A stretch of 64,000 bases of DNA from Botryllus schlosseri (taxonomy: Eukaryota): assembly GCA_051294905.1 (NCBI GenBank), contig CM119372.1, forward strand, positions 8,682,001-8,746,000, written 5' to 3'. The notes beneath the pieces were generated by a model that was not told where the DNA came from, ran no database searches, and was given only the letters and a program-made list of their open reading frames with translations. The position numbers and the translations under genes are program-made. Below, in pieces: positions 24,622 to 38,591 of this stretch (within the stretch, counting starts at the first letter, position 1; each line of letters begins with the position of its first letter).

Positions 24622-27600
24622 TTATATATTCCATTTGCAATCCATATACCAGATAAATTGTGATGGTGCGTTAAGTTGACAGATATAAACATCGCCCGCG
24701 TGCCTGTAAAATGAATATGTGGGATATATAACAAGAATATAAGTGTTATATAAAAGTGAAAACGTACGAAATCCAATGTTGGAGACGAGGGAGTCTCTTT
24801 CCCCTTCGTATCTACTACATCTATGCGCTGCTATATATTCGTCCCACTGCAGTCGCACTTACCAAGTTGATAAAAGCATCCTTGTTGCGCGAGTACAGTT
24901 GATACCGTGGTGGTCTGCAGGCGTTGAGCTGTGCGATTGCAGGGAAATGTTTATCGAATTCGAATGTGATCTGATACTAGCCGGCAATGATGATATATAC
25001 CTGTCTGTAGCATTTAGGTCTATGAAACATCAAAGTGTCACTTGGAAACCAAGAATCATCCCCACGAACTTACTTCGAAGTAAGTTAAAAAACCAAGATG
25101 CGAATGAATCGGGAATCCATGCAAATCGGAGAGCATGCTGGTCAAAGTAACATTGGAGTAGTTATAAAAACAGTCGCGTTACCGCAACACTTTATCCGAG
25201 CCTCGTCAATCCTTGTGCCGAGCTCTTTCCTCACAGCATCGATGCATGTATCACGAGCCGATATGTACCCTGTCTTCAGCATTGAAATGGATTGCCTAAA
25301 AAGCGATCCTGCTTTACCGGGGGCTGCAACCTTTTGTATGCAGCGAGCCAAAATATCAAAAATTGTAAAGTATTACCAGCTGGCGTGTCGACCATACTTA
25401 ATTTTGTCATATTTAGCGTTTCAAGCAAGGAATCACTCCACCTACCTACCTGCTACTGGCAACGGCATCAGTTACGTCAGCGAGTCTTACAGTATTGGTC
25501 GCGAAGGGTATAAATTATGGTCGCTGCCGCACTAGACCTTTTGCCTAATGTACGTAATATGTGCATGTGCATTGTGCAGCATTTAAATTTAGTCGCGTAA
25601 TGATCGATCCTCTGTGGTTGCCTTGATCTTTCCCAAGTCTACTGTGTTGGGCGCCATAGCCAGTAAGTGACAGGCCCATCAACGATGCCATGATGAGATG
25701 GCCTGATGATAAAAATGCGCAATCCCATGTATCATGCAAGTCGGTTTGATGTCACAATTTAGCTGGTCTGGCAGTAGATTTGTCTGTAAAGCTGCAAAGA
25801 TCGCGGTATAGCGGTAAAGGTTATTGTCGTTGCTCAAGATATATTGAAATCGCTTACACGTATCAGACGAAACTAAAACAATATATCCCATCGTGAGACG
25901 AACACAATTCGAAATTCGAAATTCGACACGGCATTCATTATTTCCCTCTGTGGGTCTCATTTGAGAAATGCGTCTCAAGCTGCGGGGGCTGGGCTATTCG
26001 GGTCGGTCATTTCGGCGCCTGGACACTGGACAGTGGACATATCAATGTCGAACGTTTTGGCCAACATGCGACGGTTATTATATTTCAATGTTTTATCGCC
26101 GAAAATCATTTCCGCCACGCACACGGCGCACGGAGTCGCCTGTTGCCGAAACGTGTGTCTCCTCGTGAAAATGTCCAGCGCCAAAATGCTGGTTTATATA
26201 AAATAGCCGCGGTCCCACGGGCTACACAGTGCACACTCCTAGACTAAAGCATCCAACGGTTTCATACGATATTAGGCTGCCGTGTATATATATATATATA
26301 TTTGTGGGTTTCCCAAAATCAAGAATCCAGGTCACGAACAAAACATGGTTATAATATGTCGTGTTCGTCAAATCATTTGGCGTGCTATGAAAAATCATCT
26401 CGCGTGCCGGGGTTTGCCGACCCCTGTTGCTATACAGTACATATAAACTCAAATCGAAGGCGTGAAGAGTGGTTTACTTAGGGTTGCATTTAAACAAAAA
26501 TCCATTTAAAACTAACATGTTTAAAACATGGCCCTTGCTTCAAACATGTTTTTTAGCCATGACATTACGAATATTTAATTGTGACACGTCACAGCGGATT
26601 GACATTGACAACTGAAAATATAGGGTAAATATGGCTCCTTCCACGAAAAGGGCTTCCGACCACTGTCATAAACAGACCAAGAATATTTTTACCAGGACTG
26701 CATCGTCATGCATCATTTTACGGTCGGCGGTCTTCATTATCAGAACACCCCTTCCGCACTAATGCGATCTGTATCTATGTCAGGGGTGGACAAACTTCGG
26801 CCATATTTTGATCTGTAAAAACTCGCAGGCTAATATAATCATTCAGTAATAGCGCAATTCGTCGTAAATAGCTCATAATTTATAATAACTGATATAAATT
26901 TAATATAACTATATCACGGATTCCGAAAATAAATATTGATCGATTTCTCAATTCGTTGGTAACAGCAACGTTGCACTATACACGCCTACATTTTAACTGC
27001 AGTACTAGAAAACTACTTATTAATTTGGACGTGGATAGCAAAGCGTTGTTACTGCGTTTATTCAGTAAAGAGGTGTTCTTTGACAACCGTAGCGACGTAA
27101 TTAGCAACAATCTCAAGCTATTCATGTTTCATTCCTGATATGTAGAATACACTTTAATTTAAAAAAAAAAACTCGAACGTATTCGAACTATTCCTAATCA
27201 TGAGTACTGAAAACTACAAGCACAGAAAAATGTTTCAAGCGACTGTTAAGAACCAAAGGTTTGAGCGACTAACAGGGAATAGGTCAATGAATGTAATCAA
27301 ACGATAAGGTAAAGCGTCAGCGATAAGGATGATACCAATAAGGTGCGTAAAATTAAAATAAATGCAAAAGGAAAGAACCTCCTGATAACTAAGAATTACA
27401 ACATTTTGGTTCGCATTTACATTTTCACTTGCTCGGAAACTGTTAGATTGCATTTGATGAACATTAGGGTGCGAAAAGTTTCTGGCCCAAGTAAATTTGG
27501 CCAAGATTGGAGGTAAGATTGGGATTACATCTCTACAAATGCGTGATCAAGTTTGATTAAGCCTTGGTTGGAAACTTGATGTTTTTTGCTATTGATGCAA

Positions 27601-30600
27601 CAAGCCTCGGTACTGGTCAGAGATTAAAAAAAAACTTTGACCGTGGTGTAGGAAATGGTTCAGCACAGAAGAGTGTATTTGCTGTTCATCCATTTTTGAA
27701 ATACCGGTACTAAGATTTAGTTTAGACCACTGGTTCTCTAACTTTTTTAGACACGCCCCCCTTTATGACATTGAATATTTCGTGCCCCCCTTATCGTCAT
27801 AGCACACAATGAAACCATAAAGTTAGCAATCCTTACATATAGTTTGATGGTATGGAAGGTTATGACTGTTGATGAGAGAATTCTCCAATACGAAATTCAG
27901 ACTATACACCGAGCAATACCCATAAAACGGAGGTGAATCGGGCCAAGCGCGGAAAAGATTTCAGTTCACTGGAGCGTCGCGCCTCGGTCAGATGCTTTCA
28001 CGTCGCCCAAGGGGGCACGCCCCCAGTTTGAGAACCACTGGTTTAGCCTATATTGTACTTCACAAAGTTTTCTGTTGCTACTGAAGTATGGGAAACAGTT
28101 TAGCGTGACTGAATTATCTAGTTATAACAACGCAGCACGCATAGAACACCGATGTAAATAGGCTAATTATTACATGTGGTGACTGTTTACTAAGGCCTCA
28201 AGGTCCCTCGTCGTCATCCTGGTTCGTACCGGATTTTCACTGGTGCGACGAATAAATTATTGATTAAATTATTATTTTATGCTGTGATTGTCAGGTTTCC
28301 ATGAAAATGTAATTTGGATTGTAATTGAGCAAAATTTTGATCAAAATACAATTACAATTACAATTACACAAAATAAAAATGCTTCAATTATAATTACAAT
28401 TACAATTACATGAAAAAATGTAATTAATACAATCAGCTCAAATACAAATTACAATTGATCCAACTCTGGTGCGGACCGTGAGTGGATTCCAATGTAAAAT
28501 GCGGCCCATGAGCTAAAAAGTTTGTCCACACCTGATCTACGTGCTATAACTGTTGAACCGACGATGATTTCGAGGGTTCCAGTCACCCTACATCGTATAC
28601 GTCGACTTTATTAGGTGTAAATCGTCCGTATATGAAAGTATTTACACAATTATAGGATCATTAGGCAAGTTTGAAAAAAATAAAAAATGTAAAAAGGCAT
28701 TTTGTTAAAACACAGTTTTCGTTTTGAGCAATTTCGATTTGTCCGCTAAACTTTGCTGTACCAATCTTTTCTACAAGAGCCTCGCAATTCTACCCGCAAT
28801 TAAAAGCGACGATGAAGCTGGCACTGCCTTGTAGAATTCATTGTCTATTTTCACTGCATTGCTCATCATTATTTCACAATAACCATGATCACTAGAGCGA
28901 TTTTTTGACATGTCAAAATAAGTCAAAATTTTATCAAAATTGTAGCGTTAGGTCAAAAATTGTTTACAAAGTCAAAAAAATTTTCACCCTTGCATTTCGT
29001 TTGTATCATAGATTTTGCATTGTGGGTGAACTTATCATTTGATATTTTACAGCTTGTAGCCTACTTTATAGGCCTATACCGTTGTAGACGGCCAATTGCC
29101 TGCTAATTGTGAATCATAAACGGTCAAATGAATGAAATAGGTTGACATGGTGTTATGGTTAACGTACCACATTATCCTAACTGAAGCAAGACTGCTTGGG
29201 CATTGCATGCTTTCTATATTAAGAAGTGCATAATGAAAAATTGTGATGTAGACGACATTGTCAGAATGAAGCAACACAGTGCATGTGTGACCAGCAGTGT
29301 ACGCACAACTTCAGTGTTGTCAGTCAACAACTGCTGCTGTTGAACGTTCTTTCTCCAATTTGGCAAGCTATTTAGTAAGGACGGACACGGATATTGTAGG
29401 AGCGTATCTTTCGTTGTTGTAGTACAACAAATTTAATTATTTCTACCGTAATACGTGATGTAACTACTGGAATTCTTCATAGAGCCAGATTTCGTTAAAA
29501 TAAAGTGTAAAAATGTTTCAGTTTTTACGTCAAAACCGTTTTTCAGGTCGAATTACGTCGTAAGGACAGACAGTTCCAAACAGAAATGAAGATAAGTAGT
29601 ACAATTTCAACATTATGTGCGAAAACACCTAATTTGCGTAGGCAAGGTCAAAATTTGGTCAAAATTAAGTTTTTTAGGTAAAAAATGTAAAATTTTGATT
29701 TTTCAGGTCAAAATCTTTCGTTTTTAGGTTAAAAAATCGACCTAATGATCACTCATCTTGTGTTAAAACAGACGAAGTGCTGTTCATTGTGCCATAACCT
29801 AACGCTAGGAATTGCGAGTATGTGTTCTAATTAATAGAAGTCTGTTATGTACAATTTATACTTCTCTTCCGTTCCTGAGTATTTTGGCCGTATAAAGCGC
29901 TTGTCCGGGGTCCGAACTAATGAAATCGACCGTATATATAAAAGTATTGAGTGGGGAGCTATTTCCATATATCGATTAGCCTACCTGATTCAAAGAAGGC
30001 ACTCGTACTTGTCTTACCTTTTGTATAAGTGACTCTCAAGTGAGTAATCCTGGTGAAACTCAATCTCGAATTCAACTGTCCCCGTCACCTATATAAATCG
30101 CAATAGAATGTTCATTCTACTCATCCCATAAAGTACATTAGAAGCAGATAATGCTCATTACTCTATTACCTTAGGAATAGAATAGAATCTTCCCAGCCTG
30201 CTTGTTAATAGATGATTAACATTATGGCAGGTTTGACTTCCGCGGGCGTGTGCGCAAGTTCCATTTTCGCATGGGCAGTAACTTTGATTCAGAAGTGCAA
30301 CCGAATTCTGTACACACCGGGATATATTCGCATTCCAGCGACATTCATTTACGTCTGTGGTTTTGATCCAGAAATTTTCCTGGCTGTAAGCATAAAATTT
30401 TCGGTCTCACTGTCATCGCACTATAGTACATAGCCCACTCAGTAATAGCAAAACTTTTGCCATATAGGCCTAGCCTTCCCATTGGTGTACCCTTTTTCGT
30501 GTTCCATCATACTCATTTTCATATGGTAATAATATTATATATTTTGTCTGTCTGTCTGTTGGACATGTTCGGTATCAGTTAGTTTTACACAGATATCGCT

Positions 30601-32256
30601 GTTATGTATTTTCAATCCACACCTACACCTTTAATTGTGAAGGTGACGAGATAGCGTAATGGTATGATCCACAGCTGCCACCTGCAACACTAAATAGGCT
30701 GCAGGATCGAGACCGACCGAGGCCCACTCCACAGAATCCGTTCCCAAGTGTTGGAGGTTTTCCAAGGCTCCTGCTCGCCATCTGACCACCCGCACAAGCG
30801 GTGTCTTAATAAGCCCAGAAGTGGGCCTCGCTACAAGTATAGGCAGCATGACAATCATAATAAAGAATACCGGCCTGGTGTAAATGACGGCCAGTAGGGT
30901 TGTTCAAAAGTAACTGTTTTTTCGGATTCCGACCTTTCACTGATTAAATTGCCACGTTACCGTAAGAACGCTGCACACCAAATTTGGTTCAATTTCAACC
31001 AGTATAAGCCGCCGCAGAGCCTATTTAAATCTTTAATTTATAACAAAAAATTAAAAAAATATTTTTAAAAATTTTCTGTCAACCCGATGAATTTGTTGCG
31101 TTGTCTTCAAAAGCGATGCAAACAAATTTGACTCAATCCCAACCCGTAGAAGCGGAGTTATTTCAGTTTTTCATTTATAATTCTGGGATTATCCACCGTC
31201 AATGCTATTTTTGCAAATCCAGAAGTTTCAACTGCAATAACTCCGCTTCTACGGGTTGGAACTGAGTCAAATTTATTTTGCATCGCTTTTGAAGACAACT
31301 CAACAATTTAAAGAGGTTGACAAAATTTTTTATACTGGTTAAAATTGAACTAAATTTGGTGTGCAGCATTTTCAAGGGTAACCTGAAAAATTAATCAGTG
31401 CATGGCTGGAATTCGGAAAAAAAATTTTGAGCAATGTCGCCAACGGTATCATGGCTACCATTTATTTTTATAAATATTTGTAACTATATCTCACTATAAT
31501 GGGTTAGTGCCTCGCCCACCATGAACATCACCGCACGTCACTGGACTTCGTATCATTTAAAACATGGATTTCAAAACAACATAATTACAGCCGCATCATA
31601 GAACAGATACTACAGGCACAAAAAAGTAAATCCCAACTACATAAATTAGGTCGCTGTTATATTAAATTATTTAGACCTCTCTCCTTACCCGATTTCACAA
31701 TTCCCGAGTGGAGGTAACGAAGCATCCGCATCCGCTGTTAGTTTCAATAATCTGACAGTCTTTTTCAATCTGACAAGAACTCCATCATAGTCCCGTGCTG
31801 GAATAACGAAAGAAAGTTTTCGATTGACTGTTTTTTTGATTGATGGACCGACGATATATAGGCCCGGGAGTGATGTAAAGCTTTCAATGCGTACTAGTAT
31901 TCTATTATTCGCGGTATACCCCGCTAGACTCTCAGTACCCCCGGATGTTATCTGCTACCATCAATGCGCCACCCCCTGGTGCGTTCAGGCTCACCCGGTT
32001 CATCTGCGCTGGTCACGTTGACGATGAGCATATATCGTATACCACTTTCCACGCGTTGTATGACTTTTGAAAATTGCACCGATTGTTCTGCATTCCAAAA
32101 GTCTGAAATATTTTACGTTAAATCGAAATCGACCCATGACTATAATAAAAAAAATTGCTTACCTCGATCGCATATGCGAAGTCCTGTAGCTCGTGTGCAG
32201 CTTTGTAGAAGCACAAGGGAGATGAAATAGCACGTTTTAGAGTAATAAGATACCAT
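24622..32256 (-). CDS. Paralog B of the RTK ectodomain; simplest model is a secreted protein of about 315 aa with no TM or kinase
   Basis: Exons 32256-32163 (MVSYYSKTCYFISLVLLQSC signal), 32102-31995, 31797-31689, 30383-30170, 30088-30018, 25295-25183, 25019-24863, 24703-24622; first six intron phases and motifs (DGVLVR, FWIKT, CPC, LGRFYSIPK, KCC) match paralogs A and C. The 3' end is uncertain. Confidence 0.75.
26781..28534. mobile_element. hAT-like non-autonomous element inserted into a family B copy
   Basis: CAGGGGTGGACAAACTT...AAGTTTGTCCACACCTG TIRs; TSD ATCTATGT/ATCTACGT; host sequence resumes at 28535. Confidence 0.82.
27728..28040. mobile_element. Small hAT (Charlie-like) MITE nested in the previous element
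   Basis: CACTGGTTCTC...GAGAACCACTG, TSD GTTTAGAC/GTTTAGCC; inverted relative at 52379-52681. Confidence 0.75.
30645..30890 (+). mobile_element. Diverged SINE family S1 copy
   Basis: CGAGATAGCGTAATGG head and GGCCTGGTGTAAATGAC 3' part shared with other copies. Confidence 0.6.
30896..31432. mobile_element. Older palindromic MITE related to family A
   Basis: TAGGG start; internal inverted arms with AGAAGCGGAGTTAT/ATAACTCCGCTTCT and CCAAATTTGGTTCAATT motifs as in family A. Confidence 0.65.
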
Positions 32257-32676
32257 ATCTTAAGTATATACTCGGTCTATTTCAAAATAAGATATATTGG
32301 CAAAAGCGGCTTGAAAACTAAATCCGCGCGATATCGACAAGGGATCCATGTCCATTGTCCAATGTCCATAGCGGAGTCATTTTTAGAGTGAAGTTTTTTA
32401 TGCTCGATTCTTAATCGCAACGTTATCTTTTTCCAAAGTGGTATCGGGCGTGTATACACTTTAGGGTTGCCTTTAAAACAAAAGGTGTTAATACACTTTG
32501 TTGAATTCATTTTCTAAAAAGTGTTTAAAAAATGCCTTTTTATAAAAAAAACGAAATTGTTTTTATTCCAAATTCTGTATAATTATGCCATAATTGTGTG
32601 AATACTTGAAAAAAAAAACACATTTACTATGAACATACGGACGATTTTAATCGGATATAATCGACGTACACGGCAT

Positions 32677-34825
32677 CATAGGCGCCGACTTTTATTTTTG
32701 CATGGGGTGGCGAAACGCAAAACCCCGTCCTTTTGAAATGACTATTCTGACGCTAAAATTCAGTTGCAATTTAACAAGTCGTATTATCTGTGTTACGCGA
32801 GGCCGCGGTTAATTAGCGAGATTTGTCTGTGTGCGACAATTCTGGAACACGGAAGAAAGACAAGAATTATTATTACAAACGCGCGCGGCAGCTACGTTTC
32901 TAACGATGAGGTCGAATTTGTACATTGTTCGATTGCTGAAATCATCATCAGTACGCTGTACAATCGGCCAGCAAGGTTGCGCTGATACGAAATTGCAGAC
33001 ATGCCGCTAACCTGCAATAATTACAATTACAGGGTGCGCTAGTCATACCTAAACACCGAGATTTGGCAATGGCAACGAGCGCAATTTATTCAGACGCGGG
33101 CATGAGTTTTAATCAAATAGATACATAAACACAAACAATATTACACTGAGATTGGTACTGTTTGGCGAAAGTGTTTCTGCGGACCGTAGCAGGCCTGCAT
33201 GCAGACGCGCTAAATCAAATCACCGACGATAGTGCACATGAGATATCGATGGCCCATTTCGCAGGCAAATGATTCTCGCTAATTTGCAGTACGCAGCATC
33301 AATAATACAAATTAGTGAATGAGCATTTCAAAAGGACGGGATTTCTCGTTATCAATGAGAAACTCCCTGGCTATGCACCTGGGGTTTTAATACCGTCAAC
33401 GCGCTGGTTAATATCAGCTCGGAGCCTACGGCCTACGTACGTAAACCCCGATCAGACAGTCGGATCGGATTTGATCGTAAAATGGTGCGCTTTTAATTAT
33501 CCACGTGTTATTGCAGCAAGAGCAATATGGGCGCATGTCGCAACCTTATCAATAGAAATACATCCCAAAGGTTTGAAATTCGATCCGCGATATGGTTGCG
33601 CTCGATAGAGTCCGTCCAGTAATGAAGTTTATTGGAACATAGAAGGTTCCCGTTCAAACTAATCGAATAAATTTAGAATTTGCGCCTCCGATAATCTCGT
33701 GTTGCATCAATATTTGACAACTTAATTCAATGCCATGCACTACACAATGCGCAGTATTAATAACAAATCAAACGCTGACAAGTGATACCTAGGGAACACG
33801 AGTGTATAAAGCAGACAAGAATTAGTTGCCTACAGATGATAGCGAACGAGAACGCGCGCATCTAATCAGTAATTCCTCAACTTGCGTACAGCACCATGGG
33901 GTTCCGAGTCCGACATCGCGACAATTATTTGCTCATTATAACGAAGTTTGAGCTGCATTGTTGTATTTCCCGATAAAAGTTGGCAAAGCCATGTTAGAGT
34001 AATGAATATGCGTACTTTGCGCAGGAATGACTTTCAATTCGCAGGCATCATAGGCTACACACACATTGTCTGACTGTCATATTCCGCGCTCCAAGCATCC
34101 AATTAAAGAGCCTGTCGCGTAACGGAATTATTTTGTAACCGAATATGGGCGCAATCGCAAATACAATTAAGAGAACGTGAATTCGCTAGTCTGGTTTTGA
34201 GAGGGGATGGTGCTGCTCAGCGCAAAGCGTGTCGAAATCGGCGTCGTAAACGAGGTTGCGAGGTTGCTTCTATTGTCTGATTTGATTACTAATCGCGGAT
34301 TACAATTTATTGCGGCGTTGTGAGCACTAGTTCGTCGTCACCGACGAACCTGCGTATTCAATTATCCCCGCGCGCATCGGTTAATGGTTTGTTTGTTTGT
34401 GTTGGGGTATTCATGGTGCTTGTCGACTACTATGGTCATTTACACCAGGTCGATATTCTTCTTATTTTCCGTAACTGCCGACTTATATCACGGTCTAGGC
34501 TTTTTGTAAGACACCGCTGACGCGGATGAGGACTGAGGAGCTGGCGAGGAGGAGCCTAGGTAAACCTACAACACTTGGGTATCGGAATTCGGAAGTCGAC
34601 CTCGGTCGGACTCGAACCCGCACCCATTGGTGTTGCAGCCGCGGATTATGCCACTGCGCTATCTCGCCAAAACGGTTAATGGTAAATAGTTGGCATTTAC
34701 GAGTTATCGCGAACTCGCTAATTGACTGCGCAGACGGCGGGCGTTTAATCTTATTGTATGGGGTGGCCGCCACCCCATAAGTGTGCCATGGGGTGGCTGC
34801 GCCACCCCGTAACTCGGCGCCTATG
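32677..34825. mobile_element. 2.1-kb non-autonomous TIR element
   Basis: CATAGGCGCCGA...TCGGCGCCTATG TIRs with perfect 8-bp TSD CACGGCAT. Confidence 0.87.
34389..34672 (-). mobile_element. Full-length tRNA-derived SINE S1
   Basis: A and B boxes on the minus strand, (CAAA)n tail, 11-bp TSD CGGTTAATGGT. Confidence 0.88.
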
Positions 34826-35292
34826 CACGGCATGGGATGGTTGCTACGCTCGAAATCGTCGTCGGCTCAACAGTTAAAGCACGTAGATATAAATAATTGG
34901 TATACGGAATGGATGTTCTAATGATGATGTCCGCAGACCGCAAAATGCTGAATATCTATGTATTCCTGTTCAGAGATATTTTTGGTTCGTTTATTACGGT
35001 GGTCAGAAGCCTTTTCTCGTCGAACAGCCATATTTACCTTCTATTTTCAATTGCCAATGTCGAGTCACTGTTACGTCACAAATAAAATATTAGTGACCCC
35101 CTGGCTAAAAAAAACACAAAAAAACAATAGAAAAATGTTTGTTTTAAATTGATTTCTGTTTTAAATGCAACCCTACGCTTGTAGCTTCTTTCTATATTTG
35201 ATCCGAAAGTGCAGTAACCCCATAATCCAGCGAAACGAATGCGTGGACCCTGACGTGGACAGGACATGTAAATATTCAAAGAGACTAGGGCC

Positions 35293-35667
35293 CAGTGGTT
35301 CCCAACCTTATTCGACTCATCGCCCCCTTTTCAAACTCAACGCCGATCATCGCCCCCCAAATTTTGTGAACCGAAAAATCGGTATACAATCTGTAATCAT
35401 CGGCGGGTTGACTGAAAAAAAAGGTCAACTTTACGGTTCGTTGTCGAATTTTACACTTTTGCAACTAAATTTCCGTGGATTGACTAAAAAAAAGATCATT
35501 TCTCCGACTTGACTCCAATATAGCCGTTTTTACGCGTCATCGCCCCCCTATTGCCCCTTCGCTATTTTCGCCCCCTGTCGCCCCCTTTGTCCATTTTCGC
35601 CCCCTATCGCCCCCTTCGTCATTTTCGCCCCCCTAGGCCGCCAAATCGCCCACGTTGGGAACCACTG
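35293..35667. mobile_element. hAT-type MITE with internal TCGCCCCC tandem subrepeats
   Basis: CAGTGGTTCCCAAC...GTTGGGAACCACTG TIRs. Confidence 0.75.
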
Positions 35668-36827
35668 GATTAGGCAAATCATGATTCTGGCGTTACAGGA
35701 GCTTCAGACTCGAAATAACATCTGCCGACGTATGTGCCAGTATATTTGGACAATTTAAGGCCGTCTAGTAACAGATGATGCCACGGCTACAACTTGACAT
35801 CCGCTTCGTCTCGTTTGAGTAAGGATCCTTGATTGCATTATTGTTGATCGTTGATTGCAATAACGTAACGATCGTCTGCTCACTTTCCACGGTGTATCTC
35901 CATATGTGTATTTAATTCATCCACATATGAAGTAAAAAACACCTCAACGAATTGTTTATTCTCATCATGAACAACTGAGCACGTAAGCACGATAGAACGA
36001 TAGTTGGACAATCAGCAGTTCATCTCTTATGGAAGATTGCGCCCAGATAAAATTGATTGATAGAGCGTGCGCTCCGTACAGCTTCTTGTTCGGTAGGCCA
36101 TGGGTTCAATACCCGTCCGGTTCATACAGGAGAATTGACGGCTGTTTGAGCTCAGCTCGCCGGGATTAGGTGAAGAGATTAACGAATGTACAATGTACAA
36201 TTGTACATAGTATACCCGATACTTGCCGTTTCTTCGCATCGCCATCGTCCAATCACGTCGACATCGAAAATAAGTAAAGTAAAAGGCCGTATAACACCTA
36301 TACCTGGCTGTTTCAAGTTTGACTGATACTAAGCTAATTTCCTTGATAGCTACGCGCTCAATCCACCTTGGATTCGCGATACTAGATTGACTTAGCTATA
36401 GTTTTGTTCTTCAATCTTACTTACTGGTAGGCTATCGAGTAATACGTATGTCCAGAACGCATCTTTCAAAAAGACCGTCATATATTTGCCGCAGTCCATA
36501 TCGTGGCTATGAGTAATACACTGCTATCATAATATTGCGTTTGGAAGCTCGTGTAATGCGTGCGTGGGGACGCAAAATTAAAATTCCGCTTGTCAGATCA
36601 CGTCCGTCCGTATGTGGTATCTTAATTGTGTATCTATATAGCGGACATGCGTCGTCATCCCTTGTTTCGCTTGCGGCGGAACATTGAAATTTCTGAAGCC
36701 AGTCAGATTCGACAATATTTGAATTTAACGATTGATTAATGAGTGACGAACATGGTGCCGACGATTTGGTTGAAACTTTACCACCGTAACGTAACGAGGT
36801 ACTATTTATAGAGCATGGCCGATATAT

Positions 36828-37204
36828 TAGGCTTACCGTATTTTGGAAATCTAAAAAGAGGACACTTTTTCAGAAATTTGAGACTTGCAAAACCGGAGAA
36901 GAATTCTCAAAAGCCGGTTAATTTTTCCCACTTTGTGATCGGCTGACTAAAAAAAAATGTTCATTTTTCCGCTCAGAGCTCAAGAGCTAAAATCACCGTT
37001 TTTCACTCCGAAATCCCCGCCGGAGCGTCATTTCTGTGCTAATTTACGGCATATCACTCGCAATTTGCTCTAAATCTGACCTAAATTTTCAAAAAAGAGG
37101 ACAAAATCTCAAAAAAGAGGACAAAAGGGCGTCCTCCGAGGACACTTTCAAAAAATTCAAAGGAGAGGACAAATCCTCTTAAAAGAGGACGTATGGTAAC
37201 CCTA
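36828..37204 (-). mobile_element. hAT-type MITE family L
   Basis: Reverse-complement homolog of 43188-43625; GGTAACCCTA terminus. Confidence 0.8.
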
Positions 37205-37792
37205 CTATTTATGTATCCGCACCGCAGAAATATTGATATCGGCGATACGGGATACGATTTTCATCGACCACTCCAATGGAGTCATCACTCTTCGAAATGG
37301 TCCAAGTGAGCCTGTCATCAGTATGCAATTGGATTGATTTAAAACAGGGTTTCTTGAAGTATGGGTCGCAACCCAAACGTGGATCGCGAAAGGTATACAT
37401 TAGGGTCACGACCGCACCAGAGCGATCTTTCAATATGCATATTCGCCAAATTTCCTGTTTTTGTATGTCTAAGGTTACGGTGTTCAGTATTATAGTTACT
37501 ACATTCAATAAGCGAGAGACCGAGAAGTGGTTATGACAATATTGCTTGGTCATGAAAATGTGCCGACCTTTGCATTGCACAAATTGGTTTGAAGTCATGA
37601 TAAGATTTGTGCGACGCTGGCTTTTCTGAAAAGCTCTTGCGCGAGTAATAAAGGGCAGGTTAGAGAGAGGGAAATAACGGGGCCGTAAGTGCCTTGCCGG
37701 ACACATATTTTCTAACTGTATTCGCAGTTGTGAAAAAACGGTATATTTATAGTATCGCTTTACGACGTCAGGGCCATTGGAATGCTTTAGTC

Positions 37793-38591
37793 CATGGGTG
37801 GCCATTGGCCAACCTTTTCGGCAAAAGGGCTACATGAGATTTACGAACCAATTGAATGTTGATGACCTTTTTTGTCGTCCGATAGGAGCGAACCGACTTA
37901 GGTAACATTGGAAACAAGACTTATATTGCTACGATATAAAATTGATAACTATTATGTCATGAAAACTCAGTGTTCAACTTTACAGTGTGCATTTATCTCC
38001 TGGTCCGCGAAGCGCGAAACCTTTTCAAAATGAATGAATGAATTCGATCACTAAATGTGCTACTTGCATATATTGGTGGTCGCCTCTGTATAGCACTGGG
38101 CTCATTTGGCAAGGACAGGATTATTCGGCGTTCAGATATAGCAATAATATCTAAGGTTTCGGTGAACATGCCGCTATCATGTTGTGCAAATGTTTCATCG
38201 CTGACGATCTCGCTGCGAGCGCAGAAGCGAAACCATATAGTTAGATTCATTTCTGTAAAGTACGCGTATTCATAATTTTCGGGAGGGAGTTCCAAAACTA
38301 AATGCAAGAAATCGAGTGACAATAAATCATGCGAAGTGCAAAGAAAAATTTCAAGTCAAATAAATCGGCTACGTAATATTCTACTTTATGGTCATATACG
38401 AAGATCTGTGATTAATATGGCTGGCCCCTGGTTACGCCAATGCGCCGGAACTGATATTTTAGTCATCATCAAATCTCGCGGTCAGGCTAATCAAATTTTG
38501 GTTGGCCTTGCAATTTACCTGATGTTATAACTTCGAGAATTACCTCGTGGGCCACACAAAAACTTCTGGCGGGCCACGCAGGCCGCCCCTG
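37793..38591. mobile_element. hAT-type element family M
   Basis: CATGGGTGGCC...GGCCGCCCCTG, TSD CTTTAGTC/CTTTAGTA; homolog starts near 59812. Confidence 0.7.

Larger units (their letters stand above)
32462..35175 (-). mobile_element. Family B hAT-like element hosting nested insertions
   Basis: TAGGGTTGC...GCAACCCTA termini; internal homology to 6400-6760 in reverse; no clear TSD. Confidence 0.7.

Noticed and set aside
37209..37805. 198-aa minus-strand ORF
   Set aside because: No recognisable motif; lies between and overlaps MITE sequence
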